A DNA stretch of 64,000 bases from the human T2T-CHM13v2.0 reference genome, Homo sapiens. Made by a program: the position numbers and the translations under genes. The notes below the pieces were generated by a model. The model searched no databases, was not told the DNA's origin, and saw only the letters and a program-made list of their open reading frames with translations. Shown in pieces: positions 1 to 64,000 of this stretch; position 1 is the stretch's first letter; each line of letters starts with the position of its first letter. The stretch is taken from NCBI RefSeq assembly GCF_009914755.1, contig NC_060925.1; one strand, written 5' to 3'.

Positions 1-2
1 TC

Positions 3-30441
<30,439 letters not shown>

Positions 30442-30494
30442 CGTCCCTGAGCCCCAAACCCTCCTCAGGGTGGTTGAGTTCCAGCCATGCTCCC

Positions 30495-30500
30495 TATAAA
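30495..30500 (+). terminator. Probable MROH7 poly(A) signal, variant TATAAA
   Basis: The only AATAAA-like hexamer close behind the stop codon; followed by U/GU-rich sequence. Confidence 0.55.
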
Positions 30501-31014
30501 TGTCATGTGGCTTACCTCTCCATCTTGATTGTTTCCTCCTGGGACATCCCCCAGGCTCTGGAGCAGCCATCACTTTGAGAGGAGTTTGCCTTGGTTTGTT
30601 GGCTCAGTCAATAACTATTGACTGACGTAGTCTGTTTTGCCCATATTGTATAAGTGAGGAAGTGAGGCCCAGAGGGATGAAGTGGCTTCCCCAGGACCAC
30701 ACAGTAAGTCTGCTGGATGTCTCAGTTTCCCCTGCCCCATATTAGAAGAACAAAAGGAGATGATGATTTGGATGGCCACTGGGGAAAGGGAAAAAAGGGA
30801 AAGAAGAGACAGCCCCACCCCCACGACAACATACATATCCCAAAACCCTGAATTCTGAGTCCCGCCCTTGGGTCTTTGCCCAGTAATTGGCCACCACAGA
30901 TTCTAGCAGCATTTACTGAGCATCTAATCTGGGCCAGCCCTCCTCTGGGTGCCATGACACACACATGAACAAGACCCAGCCCCAGACCAGGCCCTAGCAG
31001 TTCATAGTCTGATA

Positions 31015-31234
31015 CGGTGGTTCTCAGCCAGGGGTGATTTTGATCCCCAGGTAATATTTAACAATGTCTGGAGATGCTTCTGGCTGTCGCACTTGTGGGG
31101 GCTGGGAGGTATGCTATTATCATCTAGCGGGTAGTGGCCACGGATGCTGCTAAACATCCTACTCTGCTGAGGACAGTCCTTCAACAAGGAGTTCCCCATC
31201 CCAATTGTCAAAAGTGCCACGGTTGAGAAACTTT
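31015..31234. mobile_element. MER20 (hAT-Charlie)
   Basis: GTGGTTCTCAGCCAGGGGTGATTTTG...GATGCTGCTAAACATCCTAC...GTTGAGAAAC. Confidence 0.85.
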
Positions 31235-31985
31235 GGTCTAATGAAAGTGTCAGAAACATATACAGACACCAACAGCACAGCAGGTCAGCATGCGGGCTTC
31301 AGCGTCCAGAGGAGGTACATAGACCAGCAGGCGGTGAGGTGTCAGATAAGGCTTCTGAGGGAAGAAACTCCCCTGCAGGGGGTTTGGAAAGAACATGTAT
31401 GGAAGGGAGCAGGACACATGGAACCAAGGAACAACTGCAGTCCTTCAGTGCACACAGCCCAGAGAGAGAGGGGAGAGGAGTTCCAGGCTAGAGCCACGGA
31501 AGCCTTGGAGGCTGTGTTAAGGAGGGAGACTTCATCCAGATAGGAGTGGTAAGGCATTGTGGGATGCTAAGCAGGGGAGGGATGTAGACAGATGCCTGCT
31601 TTAGAAGGCACCTCCTCCTGGGGATACAGGAACCCTCAGGCACTGCTGGTAAGATGGTAAATTGGTGCCGCTCTTCTGGAATCTGTAGAAATCTGTCATT
31701 ATTCGGTCACTTCAGTCTTATTAAGTTCATGCATACCCACGACTGAGCAGTTCCACTCATGGATACATAGCTCGGGGGAATATTCCACAGGTCCATAAAG
31801 AGAGATGCATGAGGAAGTTGATCAGTGTTCTTTGTGGTGGTGGGGAGAGGAGGCAGCCTGGGTATCCACCCCTTGGGAGAGTATGTGTGCTGTGGAGCCC
31901 TGCACAGCAGTTCGGGGCTGCCAGATGGGACCTAAAACCCAGTGCTGAGGGGAAAAAGTGTATCAAGAATGTATACACAAAAGTT

Positions 31986-32290
<305 letters not shown>

Positions 32291-32363
32291 GAATGTACAC
32301 ACAAAAGAATTCACATTTTGGAAGAACACTTAGAAACTGAGAAGACACAGTAAACACACTAGA

Positions 32364-32500
32364 GGCCAGGTGTGGTGGCTCATGCCTGTAATCCCAACAC
32401 TTTAAGAGGCCAAGGTGGGAGGATCACTTGAGGCCAGGAGTTCAAGACCAGCCTGGGCAACATAGTGAGACCTCCATCTCTATAAAACAAAACAAAAAAA
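32364..32500 (+). mobile_element. Alu left monomer (FLAM-like)
   Basis: Single arm with A-rich end. Confidence 0.85.
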
Positions 32501-32976
32501 TGCTAATAAAACATGCTAGAATGATTGATTAGGGTAAGGAGGAGGGCTTTGGGGTATAAAAGGGAGTAAATAAAAAAGGAAGCAGAAGAAGCTCACTATG
32601 TCATGGAGTGAAAGGGCTGGATGGCAGGGTGGACAAGAGCACCATCAGGGAGACTTAGCCAGAAACTGCTGAGAGAACAGTGACCAGACCTTGCAGCACA
32701 AAATGGAGAGGATGGCCAGGCCTGCAGGAGACTGAGGAAGGGGATTTTCAGAGCCTAGTGGTTGACAGAATGGAGGAGGGAGGAGGGAGAGGGAGGAGCT
32801 GAGTTTGGCACCCAGATTTCTGGGTGGATGACTAAGCCAATGGAGCCCACACTAAGTGGTGAACCCAGGACCAGGAGCAGGTTGTGGGGCAGGGGATGAG
32901 TTCAATATGGGCATGGTAAGCTTGAGGGACTGTGCAGCAAGCTAGTGGAGATATCCACAGGGCAGTTGGCTGCCGC

Positions 32977-33316
32977 TGTGGTCTGAATGCTGTGTCCCTG
33001 CAAATTCATATGAAATCCGAACCCCCAAGGTCATTATATTAGGAGGTGGGGGCCTTTGAGAGGTGATTAGGGATTAGTGAATGGGATTAGTGCCCTTATA
33101 AAAAAGAGCCTTCAGAGAGCTCCCTCACTACTCACACCATGGGAGGACACTGAGAAGATGGCATCTGTGAACCAGAAAGCAGGCCCTCACCAGACACCGA
33201 ATCTGCCAGGCCTTGATCTCGGACTTCCCAGCCTCCACAACTGTGAGAAATAAATGTTTGCTGTTTACACACCAGAGTTGATGGTATTCCGTTATAGCAG
33301 CCTGAATAGACTATGG
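32977..33316 (+). mobile_element. MLT1A-type MaLR solo LTR
   Basis: GGGATTAGTGCCCTTATAAAA TATA region; CTTCCCAGCCTCCACAACTGTGAGAAATAAA with intact poly(A) signal at 33249-33254. Confidence 0.88.
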
Positions 33317-33655
33317 CGGGCACAAAGGGACACGGGTGGAGCTCAGCTGAGGGACCTGAGAAGGAAGCAGATTTGGGATTCATCTGTGTGTAGGGGCTGG
33401 GGTACAATTTCCCTGGGAGAGTATGTAGAGTGGGCAGAGACATCAGCCTGTGGAGCACCTAACTTAAGCTCCTGTTGGGGGTGAGGAACCCATGATGTTG
33501 ACCACACAATCATCTTCTAATAAATGGTAGCCCAGGCCATTGGTATTCTGGGCCTGAGAGAGAGAGTAGGAAATGGGGAGATTCAATTGCACAATCCTTT
33601 CCATCACTGAGAATGTTCACAAACATTGCCTCCTTGGAGTCTTACAGTAGCCCTG

Positions 33656-33763
33656 TGGATTATGGGGAAGGCAGAATGGATTATGGGGAAGGCAGACTGG
33701 ATTATGGGGAAGGCAGACTGGATTATGGGGAAGGCAGACTGGATTATGGGGAAGGCAGACTGG
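33656..33763. repeat. 21-bp minisatellite (VNTR), 5 copies of TGGATTATGGGGAAGGCAGAC, inside a MIR-like relic
   Basis: Units start at 33656, 33677, 33698, 33719 and 33740; one mismatch in copy 1. Confidence 0.95.
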
Positions 33764-34310
33764 CTTTATTGCCCACATTCCACAGATGAGGACACAGCTT
33801 AATGAGGGATGGGCCTTGCCCAAGGTCATGCAAGGTAACTAATGGAAGTGTAGGTCCCGAAGATCTCCAGACTCCTATACCTGAACCCTTCCACCCAGAA
33901 CCACTTCTGCTTTCATGGGCTAGGACCCAGGTCTAGGGTGGCCTTGACAGATGACAGCTGCTATATTTTGGGTCTGGGTGGCCCCTAAGCACAGCAAAGG
34001 CTGATCGACTCAGTTATCGGCCAAGACCACTAAGTAGTTTTGAGTTGGAAGGTTCAGAGTGTGCTGGGCAAGTCACTTTGCTTCTCTTAGGTTCCCCTAT
34101 TGTTACCTATAAAATGGGTTCATACCTCACAGTGTTCTTATGGGAATCAAATGAGAAAAAAAAGAAAGCAAAAAGACTCTGTAGGCTCTGGACTCAGTAA
34201 AGGAAAAGATGATGAAGAGGAGAATAAGGGAGGGAACCAGGATTAGGGAGCAGGGCTGGAGGAGGAAGTGTGGAAAAGGAGGTTTGGATTTGGAGGGAAG
34301 GGAGTGCTAG

Positions 34311-34981
<671 letters not shown>

Positions 34982-36162
34982 CTGGACACACCTCTTAACA
35001 CTTGCAGTACCCAGCATGGCGGGCCTGTGCACACCTCCATGCCTCTCTCCACATATGAGCTCCCACTGCCTAAAACGCTGAGTCCTCTATCCATCTGCAG
35101 AGACCTTCCTCAGCTCTGATCTCAGCTCTGCATCACCTTGAATCCCACCCCTCTGAGCCTTCACTGAGCAGACCTGTGACCCAATGCCAGTTTAGATTGG
35201 TGTGCTTCCTGTCTGCTTTTCATTCCAGACCAGGCTAGGAGCTCCCCAAGGCTGTAGCCCCGGTGCAGGGACCTGCAGCCATTTGCTGGCCGGTAGAGAG
35301 GCTGCAGGAAGCCACAGCGGCTGCCTAACCAGGCCTGCAGCACCTGGACCGAAGACCCTTTTCCATCTGAACTGTGGGAGTTAGGGGTGGCTAAGCTCAG
35401 AGACAGAGGTCTGATCAGTCTCTCCTTTCCTCGAAACTCTCCAAAAGGTCCCATACCACTGAGGAAATAGCCAAATCCTCATAGTCACAGCCCTTTTGTC
35501 CTCCCACCTCATCATCTCCTTGCCCCCTTCCTCACTCTGCTTCAGCCCCACTGGCCTCCTTGCTGTTCCCCAAGCACAGAAGACTCTCCCGCATCAGGCT
35601 TCCGGACTGTTCCCTGTTCCTTCCATGGGAATGCCTTTCCCAGACCCCTCCTAGTCACTCCCAGGCCTCTGGCAGAATGTCTACCCATCCTGTTTAAAAC
35701 TTTTCCCCAATAGCTCTTGCTACCCCTGACAAACTCTTACATCTCAACTATTGTCGTTTCCTCCCCACTGCCTTAGCAACTCCTAGAGGGCAGAGATTTC
35801 ATCTGCTCTGCCCACCGCTATATAGCCAGCCACTAGAACAGGCCGGAAGCGCAGAAAGAGCTAAGTAAGTATGTGTTGACTGACTGACGAACAAATGAAT
35901 GAAGTGAGATGGGGGCTTTGGGGATTCGGGTTCACGCACCACCCCAAAAGCATTCGAAGGCCGGGCGAGGCCAGGCACTGCCGAGGAGGGCGGGCCGGGG
36001 GAGGAGCGTATTGGCCACGCCCGGCCACGCCCCCAGGCCGGCGGAACCCAAGGCGCGGGGACCTGCGCTGCCGGGAGGATTGAGGGAAGGGAACCCGCGC
36101 CGCCGGAAGGAGCCGCTCGCTTCACGGCGCTGGGACCCGGGCTGGAAGGCAGGGCATCAGCT

Positions 36163-61746
<25,584 letters not shown>

Positions 61747-62639
61747 CTAAGCCAGGGCCCCTGGATCTCCTCCCTTACCCTCCTCTGCTGGGAACCTAGC
61801 ACACCTGAATCAGCTGGACATACTGCTGGAGTCCAGTGCTTTCTTTCCGTCACCCTGGGGATAGTCCTTCCTGGCATCGTGGTGGGGGAGGAGCCTCTGG
61901 CTTCCCTAAACTGCAGCCTCTCTGGCTGGTCTTCACTTTCCTCAGTTGATATAAAACTCTGGGTCTTGGCCATGATGTCCTTGGACTCCATCGCTAAAGG
62001 GACCATCTGCTGCAGTTACCACAGCAACTGACCTGAGCGGCACCCTGGTCTGTGGAGATGGACTCAGGATCCAGTGACATGATTCTGAACTTTTGTGGAG
62101 TTTGACACCTTAGAGAAGCTACCCCTCAAACTGCACATCTACACACAAACAAACAATGCATAGGATTCCAAGGCTTTAAAGCTGAGAGACCCTGGCCTCA
62201 AGTTATTTCATGCGCACAGAGGGAAGCCATGTGGGGTTGCTGAAGATGCCTTGAGGTGAAATGGGGGCAGGAAAGCCACATCTTGCTCTGCATTTATAAA
62301 GACCGTACAAACTGAGATCCTTGGTACCCCTAAAAAGATTGCCAATTTTCTTCATCTTTGCCATATGGAGGACTGTGACAGACTTTGGACAGTGGCCTCT
62401 TGAGTTCCTCTGCAGTTTTGACATTTAGGATTTTGTGTCTTTTAAACTGGAAAATCTTCTAGCATGTTGGGTTGTTACAGAGTATATTTTTGTCTGCAGC
62501 TGTTTGTTGCCCCATTCCTAAGAGGAGTTTATCCATCCTGACTTGTAGCTGTGTGACTTCTTGCAGTGCCCCCACCCCATCCCCCCGGGAGAGTGTACTT
62601 CCCTGCTCCCAATGCAGAGGGATATGCACAGGCATGAGC

Positions 62640-63216
<577 letters not shown>

Positions 63217-64000
63217 TTAGAGTTTTGTGTAGTGTGCCTCACTGTCTTTGAAAGGAAATTGGCTGTGGAATATTTACAAAGAACCATGCAGCTTCCAGGT
63301 GCCGGTCCCTGTCTGTGGCTTGTGGCCAGGAAGCTGAAGTTCAGCCTCCTTCCTACTCCTGGTTTTGGCCACTTAAGGACCTGAGGACCACTTGGGGGCC
63401 TGGTTTTGGTAACTTAAGGGCCTGAGGACCGGGAGGCTGATGGACATGAGGTCCTTTGTGCACTCTCTGCTGTTAGACCTAGGAGAGACTGAGAAAGTAA
63501 TTTTAGGGATTGTTAGCACATAGGGATGGGAAAAGGAGAGAACTCTGCCCCTGCTGAGACCTGATCCTGTATTCAAGTACTATTAGCCACGCGGGAGCCT
63601 GGAGTCTTGACCCTGCCCTGAGCCATCATGTGGGCCACATGACGTTGCTTCTCTGTGAACCTCTGTCAGATGGAGGGGAATGAAGGCCTGAACGTTTGCT
63701 GTGTTCTTCCTGCAGCCCTTTTTCATCCCCATCCCTGACACGGGAAACAGAGCCTGGCCCCTTATGGCCAAAACCTAGTGGGCAGTCCTTGCAGACAAGC
63801 CAGAGGGGATGGGGCCCGGAACACCACTGTGTTGTGGACACGTAAGCTCCATGGTGTGTCTGCAGCTGGGGAGAAGCCTTTGTGGCTAGAAATGGGCCTA
63901 CCGTGAACCCTAGGTCAATTGGGAAAGTGGATGTCAGCCTCCTCACTGACCTCAAGCAGACAGAAGCAGTTTACATGGCCCAGCTGTGTGGCCTGGAGCA

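Noticed and set aside
33656-33763. Regular 21-bp repeats as a CRISPR-like array
   Set aside because: Head-to-tail units with no spacers, eukaryotic context and no cas genes; it is a minisatellite

Overview
Primate DNA, almost certainly human chr1p32.3, very rich in Alu elements. The + strand carries the 3' half of MROH7: 12 coding exons, 126-30441, splicing into one 581-codon frame of HEAT/maestro-like sequence ending ...KMSLKK*. About 5.7 kb further on is the complete TTC4 gene: CpG-island promoter near 36 kb, 10 coding exons 36163-61746, a 387-aa TPR co-chaperone. All exon phases were checked by hand and are mutually consistent. Introns and the intergenic gap hold about 40 Alus (many with visible target-site duplications, TSDs), MaLR/ERVL LTRs, old L1 fragments, hAT and Tigger DNA-transposon relics, microsatellites and a 21-bp VNTR. 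Nearly all ORFs in the supplied track are Alu-derived or chance. I found no clear-cut new biological system. The best leads are: a TGA-CTA readthrough context followed by 94 open codons at the TTC4 stop; a 118-bp foreign insert inside an Alu that carries a ready-made 9-nt poison microexon; in-frame routes for MROH7-TTC4 fusion splicing; a helically phased transcription-factor-site VNTR upstream of TTC4; and a stop-free, in-frame exon 8-9 circle. Gene names and repeat families come from recall, not database searches. Repeat boundaries are approximate.
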